From the IMG/VR virus record IMGVR_UViG_3300012943_000002, positions 36,718-100,717 of that record: a stretch of 64,000 nt of DNA; one strand, 5' to 3'. Below, piece by piece: positions 23,082 through 32,186 of this stretch (the stretch's first letter is position 1; each line of letters starts with the position of its first letter). Under the pieces are notes generated by a model. That model did no database searches, was not told the DNA's origin, and saw nothing but the letters and a program-made list of their open reading frames with translations. A program made the position numbers and the translations under genes. Origin of the DNA: a virus.

Positions 23082-23478
23082 CTGTAATATTTTTATTAAA
23101 ATCTAGAAATATAATTTTAGAGCTTTCTATTTCAGAAACAAACTCATCACTAGGTTTATCAAATAACGGATTATATACCATATCTATTTTAATTTCATAT
23201 TCTTCTCCGTACTTACCTTTTTTATATAATGAGTCAATATATTGTTCATTTCTTATAGCTATTTCCTTAGAGTATTTATTGATAGCTTCTTGATCTATAG
23301 GACTTATACCTTTATTTCTAAATTCAGAATTATAACTCCACCATCCATCAGAAGTATATACAGATATATCATTAGTACTTGAACCTCCTCCACCATCATT
23401 AAAATAAAAGGCATATATAGACTCTAAATCATCTATACCCCTTTTACACTTAACAGTATATTCATTAGTTTCCATCAT
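23059..23478 (-). CDS. Hypothetical protein
   Basis: ORF in operon. Confidence 0.55.
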   Translation of the reverse strand: MMETNEYTVKCKRGIDDLESIYAFYFNDGGGGSSTNDISVYTSDGWWSYNSEFRNKGISPIDQEAINKYSKEIAIRNEQYIDSLYKKGKYGEEYEIKIDMVYNPLFDKPSDEFVSEIESSKIIFLDFNKNITDDTVKED

Positions 23479-23791
23479 CTATTAATTTATGTATCTCCTT
23501 TTGTGTTGTATTATATTCATATTCATACCAAGGGCTATTCTTAAAAAACTCCATTATTAATTCTATAGGTAAATCTTCTGCATTTTGAACATTGGATATA
23601 CCAGTCATGTGCAGTTGTAATCCATCAGGAATACCTAGTATAGTAGCTCCTGTTCCTGCTAGCTGTTGTATAGTACAAAATAGGCTAGTCTGTTCAATCC
23701 ACTCTTTGAAACCGGGTATAGATTGAAAAACCCTATCTTTTACAACAGGGTCTTTCTGATCTTGAATACCTCCTTTTATTAAATCGTGCAT
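23465..23791 (-). CDS. Hypothetical protein
   Basis: ORF in operon. Confidence 0.6.
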   Translation of the reverse strand: MHDLIKGGIQDQKDPVVKDRVFQSIPGFKEWIEQTSLFCTIQQLAGTGATILGIPDGLQLHMTGISNVQNAEDLPIELIMEFFKNSPWYEYEYNTTQKEIHKLIDDGN

Positions 23792-23801
23792 GGTTCTTCA
23801 T

Positions 23802-26438
23802 TTAACATTTTGAGTATCCGCAACTACTACACTTCTTACATCCCTCTTCATATATCATAGTAGTATTTCCACAATTGCTACATTTCTCTTTGGTTTCTTC
23901 GTCAGGAATATATTTCTTTAAAATACGAGATATAATTTTAGGAAATGAAACTATATTTAACTGACATTTATTTACTTGCTCTACTACATATCTTGGATGA
24001 ACTCCATGTCTTAATAGTTGAGAAGCCATTCTGGTAAGCAAAATTTCATCTTTATGATCTGAACTTAGTTCTAGATGCTCTATAGTATAAGAGTTAGATA
24101 TGAAGCTATATTGACCCTGTTTATTCTTAATAATCTTCCCTTTGAGTTCACAGGTCATTAAGGGATTAGCAAACGCAAAAATTTCATAAGGCTTTCCATT
24201 TAGTAATCCTACTATGATAGCATATTCATGTCCATTCTTTCCCCAATAATAATGAGCTTCTAATTCTTTAGGTCTCTTAGGTGCATTAGTATAATCAAAT
24301 TCATCTCTAATAACCTTATTAGTTTCATTAACTAATACTCCTGTTCTACTTCCATCTCTATAAACTGTTACTCCTTTAAGACCTGATTTCCAAGCAGTCA
24401 TATAAATATTAGCTACTACAGATTTATCAACATCTTTAGGAAGATTAATAGTACTACTAATAGCATTACTAGTATACTTCTGTATAATAGACTGCATTAA
24501 TACTCTCTTTTCCCAACTAATATCATCTGCTTCACTACCATACCAAGGTGACTGTTTAAAACATTGTTCTACAGCTTCTTTACTCCATTCATCACTACTT
24601 ATAGTTTGAAAACCATCTAATTTTGTTTCAACTATCCACTCTTTAAACTTAGGATGTAGTACTGCATATTCCATCCATGTATCTCCATTTTGATCTACAA
24701 AATCTACTCTACTACCAGATTCACTAGGATTAATTTTCTTCCTTCTAATATAATAAGCTTTAAATAGAGGTTCTAATCCACTAGTAGTCTGAGTCATTAA
24801 ACTAACTGTACCTGTAGGAGCTACTGTTGACCATGATACATTCCTTCTGCCATATTTTTGCATTCTTACTGCCTGTTCTGTAAAATCTTGAATCAACATT
24901 GTATAGAATGAATTTACACCATTCATACAGAAATTTCCGTTTCCTTTATCTATCCATTCAAATTCTTTATCTCTATTCCATCCAGTAAATGTACCTCTTA
25001 ATATAGCCATATCAATAGTAGCATCTAATTCAGCTTCCATTTTAGTTTTCATTACTATTTCAGTAATCTGTAAAGCTTCATCACTATCATACTTTAAATC
25101 TAATGCAGCTAACATATCCCCTAATCCTGTAAATCCTCCACCTGTTCTTCTACCTTCTTGAGCTTTAAATTTAATTCTACTCCACAGTTTTAATTCTACC
25201 TCCTTAATTTCCATAGGTTCAGGATCACTCATTATTTTTTCTAATATCCTATCTATATATTCTACCTCCAAATCAACTAAATCATCACCTAATCTTTGCT
25301 GCATATATGATTGTTCATATAATCTTTCTAAGTTCACTTTAGCATCAGGAGTAAATGGATCATCTACTATAGTAAAAAAGTTCTGAGCTATTAATCTACA
25401 GGTCTCATCTGCACTAAACCATTGTTCTCCACATGGGTTACATACAGTTGGAGCATATATTTCGTAAACTCCATCGGGACAATAATCTTTAACTCTATCT
25501 ATAAATGCTACTCCGGGTTCTGCATTCTTATGAGCCATATCTACTACTAAATCAAATAACTCTTTGGTATGAATTTTCATAAAAGATATACTTGTACTAT
25601 TATTAGACTCTGTATATATTTTATTATATTCGTAGATGTTATAATTAGCTTTTAAGTTTATGTTAGCATCCACAGGAAAAGTGCAAATAAAATCTCCATC
25701 TTTTTCTACAGCTTTCATAAACCCATCTGTAAACATTACACTTACATTAGCCCCTGTTACTTTAGTCCTATCATCTTTCATTGTGACGAACTTAAATATA
25801 TCAGGGTGTTTACATGACAAAAGGAGCATTAACGCTCCTCTTCTACCTCCTTGGGCTACTTCTCTTGTGCTGTTTGAAAATCTTTCTGCAAATGAAGGTA
25901 CTCCTGTTGAACTTTTAGCTGCATTGCTTGTAGATGTTCCTGATGGTCTTAATGTATCTAAAGTCATTCCAACTCCTCCTCTACGCTTCATTAGTTGTAC
26001 CAACTCTTGGTCTGTTTTTAATATTCCACCATAACTATCATAAGGACTTCCTATTCCAAAACAATTAGATACTGAACCAAATACATAAGGATTACCTAAA
26101 TTAGACATTATGGAACCTTGAGGAACAATCCTACTAAACTTATCAAAATAAGAGAATATCTCATCTTCTATATCTTGTTCTGATTGTATATTTCTTTTAT
26201 AAAGCAAATCTTCCCCAAATTCGGATAAGTCTCTTACTTTATCCATAGTAGCAAGATTCTCTGGCTTTACATAGCTCCATTCAATTCTAGCAAACTCTTT
26301 TGCCATTCTCCTATGCATTTGTTTTGGCAACTGTTCTACTTGTATTCCTTCTTTGTTTTTCATGGCATATTTATCAGCCCAGACATCTGCGGCCATAGTA
26401 TCGCCTTTAAAGCAGTCAATTGCTTTTATTGTGGTCAT
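23802..26438 (-). CDS. nrdJ: Class II (adenosylcobalamin-dependent) ribonucleotide reductase
   Basis: SNCF, RRGGVG, QGGRRGA, NPCGEQ, TVAPTGT, KGVTVYRDGSR; C-terminal CxxC-CxxC; no beta-subunit gene nearby. Confidence 0.92.
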   Translation of the reverse strand: MTTIKAIDCFKGDTMAADVWADKYAMKNKEGIQVEQLPKQMHRRMAKEFARIEWSYVKPENLATMDKVRDLSEFGEDLLYKRNIQSEQDIEDEIFSYFDKFSRIVPQGSIMSNLGNPYVFGSVSNCFGIGSPYDSYGGILKTDQELVQLMKRRGGVGMTLDTLRPSGTSTSNAAKSSTGVPSFAERFSNSTREVAQGGRRGALMLLLSCKHPDIFKFVTMKDDRTKVTGANVSVMFTDGFMKAVEKDGDFICTFPVDANINLKANYNIYEYNKIYTESNNSTSISFMKIHTKELFDLVVDMAHKNAEPGVAFIDRVKDYCPDGVYEIYAPTVCNPCGEQWFSADETCRLIAQNFFTIVDDPFTPDAKVNLERLYEQSYMQQRLGDDLVDLEVEYIDRILEKIMSDPEPMEIKEVELKLWSRIKFKAQEGRRTGGGFTGLGDMLAALDLKYDSDEALQITEIVMKTKMEAELDATIDMAILRGTFTGWNRDKEFEWIDKGNGNFCMNGVNSFYTMLIQDFTEQAVRMQKYGRRNVSWSTVAPTGTVSLMTQTTSGLEPLFKAYYIRRKKINPSESGSRVDFVDQNGDTWMEYAVLHPKFKEWIVETKLDGFQTISSDEWSKEAVEQCFKQSPWYGSEADDISWEKRVLMQSIIQKYTSNAISSTINLPKDVDKSVVANIYMTAWKSGLKGVTVYRDGSRTGVLVNETNKVIRDEFDYTNAPKRPKELEAHYYWGKNGHEYAIIVGLLNGKPYEIFAFANPLMTCELKGKIIKNKQGQYSFISNSYTIEHLELSSDHKDEILLTRMASQLLRHGVHPRYVVEQVNKCQLNIVSFPKIISRILKKYIPDEETKEKCSNCGNTTMIYEEGCKKCSSCGYSKC

Positions 26439-26591
26439 ATTTTCAAGATTTTAAGGTTATTTGGTAATTAAGAAAGGGACTATGAAGATACTAAAAAAAG
26501 CCCATAAATTGTAGAAAAATAGCCACTAAATTGAAAAAATTTTCAACTTAAATGGCTATAAATCAATCTGTAATAATCAAAATTAAAAGTA

Positions 26592-27656
26592 CTATATCTG
26601 TGTATTATCTTCTACAAAATGACGGTATTGAATAAATCCACGATAGTTTTTGCACCAACCTTCTGCCTTATCATCCATATATGCATCAGCTTGAAATTGA
26701 CTCATTGAACTTTCAGAAGGATGAAATATACCTTTAACATTAGTTTCATATTCTTCATCGCTCATAACTCTTGCACAATGTTCAAAAGGACTAGCATGAA
26801 ATGGTCTTTGTGCAATCATTCTATCATGTATTCCTATTAATCTTTCATAGCTAATTTCTTTCTCATCACCTACTACAGTATATGAAGTTCTTGCAGCCAT
26901 AGCTGTAGCTACTTTAACCTTATCTTTTTTCCATTCTTCTCCTACGCTATGACAATTACTACCAACTGTAGCTAATAGTTCTACTATTTTATCTTCAAAA
27001 GGTATATGCCATTCACCGGCTTTTAACTGTTTAGGTTTACTTTCATTCTGTGCATCCCATATAGCTTCTGCTAATGCCATCATGTGTATTTCTGCCTGAC
27101 CTGTATTATGAGATAAGGGAAATAATATAGGGTCTTCTATAGTTTCTCTTTCAAAATCATAATTCTTTAATACATCTTTCCAACTTTTATAAGTTACTCC
27201 TTCAAAAGTATACTGTGGGCATCTCAACTCAAAGAAGTTCTCCCACTCTGTACCTGATATAAGTACTGTGTGCCACATAAAAGGTTCCAGTAAGCGGTTA
27301 CAGAGTTGTTTTGTAGAACCATTTGCTGCCAACTCCTCGGCACTTGCTACAGCTACTTTGCTTGCCCAACGCCAGCTTTCAGTTAACCTCTCAGCAGCTT
27401 TATCAGTCCAGTATCCTGTACCCTGCATCCCCGAATGAGGTTTCTGCCACGCAATGGGTATAAATGGATTTGTTTTTACAGCTCGTGCCATCTTTTCAAA
27501 TGGTATCGCTCTGCTGGATGCCGAATTCTTACTGAGCATCCTGTGCGTATTCAATTCAGCTAATATAAATCGTGGAAACATTATCAATAAAGTTGTTAAT
27601 CTGTTTCCTTGTGGTGATAACGAGTCACCTACTACTGTTGCACTAATTTTTGTCAC
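26592..27656 (-). CDS. thyX: Flavin-dependent thymidylate synthase
   Basis: ELNTHRMLSKNSASSRAIP, KQLCNRLLEPF, NFFELRC, HASPFEH motifs of phage ThyX. Confidence 0.9.
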   Translation of the reverse strand: MTKISATVVGDSLSPQGNRLTTLLIMFPRFILAELNTHRMLSKNSASSRAIPFEKMARAVKTNPFIPIAWQKPHSGMQGTGYWTDKAAERLTESWRWASKVAVASAEELAANGSTKQLCNRLLEPFMWHTVLISGTEWENFFELRCPQYTFEGVTYKSWKDVLKNYDFERETIEDPILFPLSHNTGQAEIHMMALAEAIWDAQNESKPKQLKAGEWHIPFEDKIVELLATVGSNCHSVGEEWKKDKVKVATAMAARTSYTVVGDEKEISYERLIGIHDRMIAQRPFHASPFEHCARVMSDEEYETNVKGIFHPSESSMSQFQADAYMDDKAEGWCKNYRGFIQYRHFVEDNTQI

Positions 27657-27666
27657 TTATATTATT

Positions 27667-28128
27667 TTATGATACTACTGTACCTGTTTTAAATCTATCT
27701 TCTGAAAGCCTTTCTATCATATTTGGAGCAAATTCTATATTCAAGTGCATATTTTTTACCATTTTCTTATACATATTATAAGCCTCTAATCTTATATGAG
27801 AATCAGAATGTCTATATGCTATTACCTCCAATGCATGCATAGCATGACTATACCAATGCTGAGGTAGATGTCCAAACTCACTGGGTTTAAAAGGGTCAGG
27901 TGGACTACTCATCATAAATGCTCCTTCTTCACTATCCACTTCCCTTTCATCAGCAGGAACCATAAAACACCATCTTATAAATGATGTTAATCTTCTACCC
28001 GGACTATAAGCTACTCCTGTTTTAGTCCATGTTTTAGGTTCATTATCACAACCTCTTACAGCAGTCATAAGTGTACCTTGTTCTCTTAATGGTAATTCCA
28101 TCACCCAATCTTGAAGTACTGATTTCAT
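27667..28128 (-). CDS. Conserved phage hypothetical protein
   Basis: SVLQDWV..LPLREQG..RGCD and PQHWYSH..HA.E..AYRH pattern; His-rich, possibly metal-binding. Confidence 0.6.
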   Translation of the reverse strand: MKSVLQDWVMELPLREQGTLMTAVRGCDNEPKTWTKTGVAYSPGRRLTSFIRWCFMVPADEREVDSEEGAFMMSSPPDPFKPSEFGHLPQHWYSHAMHALEVIAYRHSDSHIRLEAYNMYKKMVKNMHLNIEFAPNMIERLSEDRFKTGTVVS

Positions 28129-28418
28129 TTTTTATAAGTTTCTTTAACATTTTTAATAAATTTTTCTTTTTGTTCTTTAATATATAATTCATTATTTACA
28201 ATTATATTAATATTCTCTTCATTAACCATACTTAAAAAATTAATAAATCCTCCTATACCGGTTATTATTTTAGGCTTTCCTTCTATCTCTACATAAAATA
28301 TACTATTAGACATAGTAATTCTTACAGTAAATGGTAATAACATCTTTTCTTCCCTTTTATTAAAGAAATTATTAAAATGTTCTGTTATCATATCTAAAGT
28401 AAGATTATTATACTTCAT
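28125..28418 (-). CDS. Hypothetical protein
   Basis: ORF coupled to neighbours. Confidence 0.55.
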   Translation of the reverse strand: MKYNNLTLDMITEHFNNFFNKREEKMLLPFTVRITMSNSIFYVEIEGKPKIITGIGGFINFLSMVNEENINIIVNNELYIKEQKEKFIKNVKETYKK

Positions 28419-29323
28419 TATATTATTTTTAATGTTTTTAATATTACTCTAACTTGATCTATTAATCCTTCTATATCTCTATCATTATTAATTACAAAGT
28501 CAAAATCTTTATAATTATCTAGTGCAGTTTCAGATTCATGCGAGTCTTGACTTTTTCTGAATAACAATAAAGCTTCTTCTTTTGTATATCTGTCAGGATT
28601 ATATGAAAAAACCCAACCAGTCTCATCTTCTCTATCACACCATACATGCATACCTGTATTATGTACTTTATGTATCTCTCTATTAACTCTAATAATTACT
28701 CCCTCTCTATCTCTAATAGCTTTAACTTCATTCTCAAAACGTACATCAGTTACTATCCAATCAGGAAAACCTAAACTCTTTCTATAATTAATAGGATCGT
28801 GAAAATTCCCTATACCACTAGGACTAAATTTTTCTTTATATTCACTCATTAAAGCATTAACCCAAATATTAGGATGAATAATTTGTCTCCCACATTCTGT
28901 TCCTATTAACTGAAGTAATTTACGTGAAGTTAATTTAATTAAATGATAATAGTGTTTAGCTTTAGTAATTATATTATTATATTCTTCTATAGTTATTAAT
29001 TTAGGAAGTTTTAATACCATACCATCTAAATTAGCTTCTTGCTTATATAGCCACCATTCCTCTCCTAATTCTTTTTCTTTAAAATCATTATCTTCTAATT
29101 GCTTTCTTGTACAGCCAACTAATATACATACTATATCTTTAAGTGGTTCTGCAAACCATTTTATTTGCCATTTTGGTTGTCTGCCACCTTCCATATCACT
29201 GTAAGAATCTAGAAATCCTTTTATACCATCTACAAATTCGTTTTCTCCTATAGTTAATCCTTGTATTATCTTACCTATAGTATCTTTACCATGTTGCTTT
29301 TTACCACTAATGCCAATTATCAT
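28418..29323 (-). CDS. Deoxynucleoside monophosphate kinase
   Basis: IIGISGKKQHGKDT P-loop, FAEPLK, RKLLQLIGTE, DVRFENE, HESE. Confidence 0.92.
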   Translation of the reverse strand: MIIGISGKKQHGKDTIGKIIQGLTIGENEFVDGIKGFLDSYSDMEGGRQPKWQIKWFAEPLKDIVCILVGCTRKQLEDNDFKEKELGEEWWLYKQEANLDGMVLKLPKLITIEEYNNIITKAKHYYHLIKLTSRKLLQLIGTECGRQIIHPNIWVNALMSEYKEKFSPSGIGNFHDPINYRKSLGFPDWIVTDVRFENEVKAIRDREGVIIRVNREIHKVHNTGMHVWCDREDETGWVFSYNPDRYTKEEALLLFRKSQDSHESETALDNYKDFDFVINNDRDIEGLIDQVRVILKTLKII

Positions 29324-29559
29324 TTCTTTTTATTTATAAGTTCTTTAATTCTAGTTGCAGGAAACCATGTATTTGATTTAGTCCAAAGACTATCTTTCTT
29401 CTCTTTAATAGATACAAGTACTTCAAATTCACTTATCTTATCTTTTACATACTGTATAAATCTTATATCTCTTATTCTATACATAAAAGGAGTGTCTTTA
29501 AATTCTACTATATCACCTATTTCATAAGGTAAAAATCCTGTACCAAATTGAGTTTCCAT
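29320..29559 (-). CDS. Hypothetical protein
   Basis: ORF in operon; YEIGDIV start resembles small SH3-like phage proteins. Confidence 0.55.
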   Translation of the reverse strand: METQFGTGFLPYEIGDIVEFKDTPFMYRIRDIRFIQYVKDKISEFEVLVSIKEKKDSLWTKSNTWFPATRIKELINKKK

Positions 29560-29560
29560 A

Positions 29561-29800
29561 TTAATTAAGTTTTACTTTACTTGCTCTATTAACAATTTCA
29601 TCTATCTCTTCTTTAGTTATATTTGGTTTCCTTAACTCCTTGTTATAGAAAGTAAGTATATAAAGAGTTTGTGCCAAAGTTACTAGTCCTACTCCTATAA
29701 TATTATTAACGTCTACTATAGCATTTACCATTTTTTCTATAGTTAGCCCCCTATTCTTCATAAGACTAATAATCTCTTCTTGAGTTATTTCACTTTCCAT
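29561..29800 (-). CDS. Hypothetical protein
   Basis: ORF in operon. Confidence 0.55.
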   Translation of the reverse strand: MESEITQEEIISLMKNRGLTIEKMVNAIVDVNNIIGVGLVTLAQTLYILTFYNKELRKPNITKEEIDEIVNRASKVKLN

Positions 29801-29816
29801 ATTATTTTATTTTAAG

Positions 29817-30140
29817 TTAATATAATCTGTTTAATCTATCTTCTTCACTTTCTAGACTATTATCTTTTTCATTTACAGGATTTCCCTCTATATCTTTCAC
29901 TTTCTCTGAAATTCTATATAGTTTTTGTACTTTATATAGTTCTACTTGGAATACTTGTATTGCTTCAGTAATACCTTCTCCTCCTACAACTTGTAGACAT
30001 ATATCTATAAAGTAATATCGAGAGCTATGTTTCTTCTTTAACCTAAGACGAGTTCCTATGCTTGCAACTGATATACCATTTTGTTCATGTTGATGTATTT
30101 CTATTTTTGGATATACAGTATCTCTACTTACTTTAAACAT
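29817..30140 (-). CDS. Hypothetical protein
   Basis: ORF in operon. Confidence 0.55.
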   Translation of the reverse strand: MFKVSRDTVYPKIEIHQHEQNGISVASIGTRLRLKKKHSSRYYFIDICLQVVGGEGITEAIQVFQVELYKVQKLYRISEKVKDIEGNPVNEKDNSLESEEDRLNRLY

Positions 30141-30151
30141 ATCATATTAAT

Positions 30152-30691
30152 TTAATCATTTCTTGGAAAGTATATCTCTGTTGCTTCTGGTAGAGTATAG
30201 ATAATATGTTTACCCTCTATCTTTTTCTTAGCAGTTTCCTCTAGGAATGCTCTAAGATGTCTATCCCTATCTGTTGTTAATCTAAGAACTTCTCTTTTAG
30301 GCTCTCTTGCTTTCCAAAAAGCATCCCATAACATAGTTCTTACAGCTCTACCTTCTATTTTAGAAACAGCATCATCAAAAGATACTAATATTCCTTTCTT
30401 TCTATTGAAAGTATCTTTAGGATGAACTATACCTAATCCTGTAGAATTAGTAACCCATATATTAGACTCTTCATGTAATCTTTCAATGATACATTTAGAA
30501 TGAGATTTAATAAGTGGTTTATTTTTCTCCTTTTCAATTAGGTCTATTATAGCCTTTTGAGTAGAGAATTTATCTACATCTTCAACCATGATCTCTACTA
30601 TTTTGGTTTCTATTTGTTCTAGAGTTAGTGGTAAGTTCATATCTCTATTATAATGTACCCAACTTACCCTGAAAATTTTGTTTATTATCAT
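30152..30691 (-). CDS. Hypothetical protein
   Basis: Contains HPKDTFNRKKG, similar to a motif of small phage proteins. Confidence 0.6.
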   Translation of the reverse strand: MIINKIFRVSWVHYNRDMNLPLTLEQIETKIVEIMVEDVDKFSTQKAIIDLIEKEKNKPLIKSHSKCIIERLHEESNIWVTNSTGLGIVHPKDTFNRKKGILVSFDDAVSKIEGRAVRTMLWDAFWKAREPKREVLRLTTDRDRHLRAFLEETAKKKIEGKHIIYTLPEATEIYFPRND

Positions 30692-30869
30692 ATTAAATGG
30701 TTTTTTAAATAATTAAAACTGTTCTGGTACAGTTAAACCCCCCTGCTAATCTTATAAGTACGGGTAGGGTACAAATTCAAAAGAAAAACCCTAGTATCTC
30801 TTAATGTCAGAAAAGCTATGTCTAACCCAACCATGAGGCAATGGTACAAGGGATATATAGATACTATTC

Positions 30870-31685
30870 TTAGTACAGTTTATGCAATCTTGTCTTTACT
30901 TGTTGTTTAACATCTTCTTGTGCTATAATATCTTCAATTTCTTCTGATTGCATACTTTGTTTTAATTTCTGTATCTTAAACTCGTAGTCAGTAGGCTTAA
31001 TATGTATTACTTTTTGATACTCTATTTGATCCTTATAGTTTATAGGGTTATAAATAATAGAGTCATCAAAACCAACAATCTTATTTTTCCACCTTCTAAC
31101 TATATTATTAGCATGTATAATCTGTTTAACCAATACTCCATAATCAAAAGACATATTACCTATTCTAAATTCAAGAGTATGATGTTCACCATTATATCTT
31201 ATCCAATTATAGCCGGTAAATATACCAATAGATATTTTCCTTTTATTATAAGTACCTCTATAATCCCAACTATCTAATTCTGTTAGTATCTCTTCTCCAA
31301 AATTATTATCTCTTTGTAATGCATCACTTAATTCTGTATATTTCACATCTGTACAATCTATATGATAGTGGATACCACTTTCCATATTTAATAAAGAATT
31401 ATTACCTAGATGATAGCATATATTATATAAGCAAATTAAACCATTTACTCCATTAGGTATTCTATATCTCTGTTCATAATTGCTTTGAGTACTATCCCAT
31501 ATTATATTTGGAATGTTTTTAAATACTAACTCATCATAAGTTTCTTTCTTATCACATTCTATTTCAAATCCAGTAGAGTATGGTAGGTATTCATTAGCTG
31601 TATTTATAATACTTTTATCTTTAATACCAAGTAAAACTAGAGGAGAAGTATATACTATCTCCTCTAGTTCTTTTTTACTTATCAT
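30870..31685 (-). CDS. Putative amidoligase (COOH-NH2 ligase / glutamine-synthetase-like fold)
   Basis: GFEIE ... E ... SGIHYHID ... TLEFR motif order. Confidence 0.7.
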   Translation of the reverse strand: MISKKELEEIVYTSPLVLLGIKDKSIINTANEYLPYSTGFEIECDKKETYDELVFKNIPNIIWDSTQSNYEQRYRIPNGVNGLICLYNICYHLGNNSLLNMESGIHYHIDCTDVKYTELSDALQRDNNFGEEILTELDSWDYRGTYNKRKISIGIFTGYNWIRYNGEHHTLEFRIGNMSFDYGVLVKQIIHANNIVRRWKNKIVGFDDSIIYNPINYKDQIEYQKVIHIKPTDYEFKIQKLKQSMQSEEIEDIIAQEDVKQQVKTRLHKLY

Positions 31686-31697
31686 AATAAGAATTTT

Positions 31698-32186
31698 TTA
31701 ATATTCACCTCTTCTAGGAATACTAGAAGTTTCTTTAACTGGTATTTCTACCTTCTTGAATTTAGCTAAAATTGCTTCTACTTTACCTATATTATCTTTG
31801 TTAGTCTCCAACATTTCTTCTAACTCTTCCATTACGTCTTTTCTAACTGTCTCAATAACTCTACCCTTTTTACTTTCTTTCTTTTGTAACTTCTTATAGC
31901 CTTTAATTTTAGTCTCTGTATCTTCTTTCTGCTTAACTTTTTTAGTAGTTTCTGGAGATAGTAGTTTTAATATGGTATTTTTAGCTGTTTCAGAAGGTTT
32001 TTTATTATAGAGAGTTACTTTCCTTACTATAATCTCATAGTCTTCCTGACTAATTTTTCTAGAGCCTGCTTTTTTACCATCTAAGGTAGCTATTACATTA
32101 GCTCCTATTTTTTTGAGAGAAAACTGATTAGTCTTCTTCACTTCCTTCTGTTTCTTCTGTGTTGTTACTGCTGTTTTCGTTGCCAT
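31698..32186 (-). CDS. Lys-rich hypothetical protein in the rIIB position
   Basis: Overlaps the 3' end of the RIIA-like gene by 59 nt. Confidence 0.6.
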   Translation of the reverse strand: MATKTAVTTQKKQKEVKKTNQFSLKKIGANVIATLDGKKAGSRKISQEDYEIIVRKVTLYNKKPSETAKNTILKLLSPETTKKVKQKEDTETKIKGYKKLQKKESKKGRVIETVRKDVMEELEEMLETNKDNIGKVEAILAKFKKVEIPVKETSSIPRRGEY

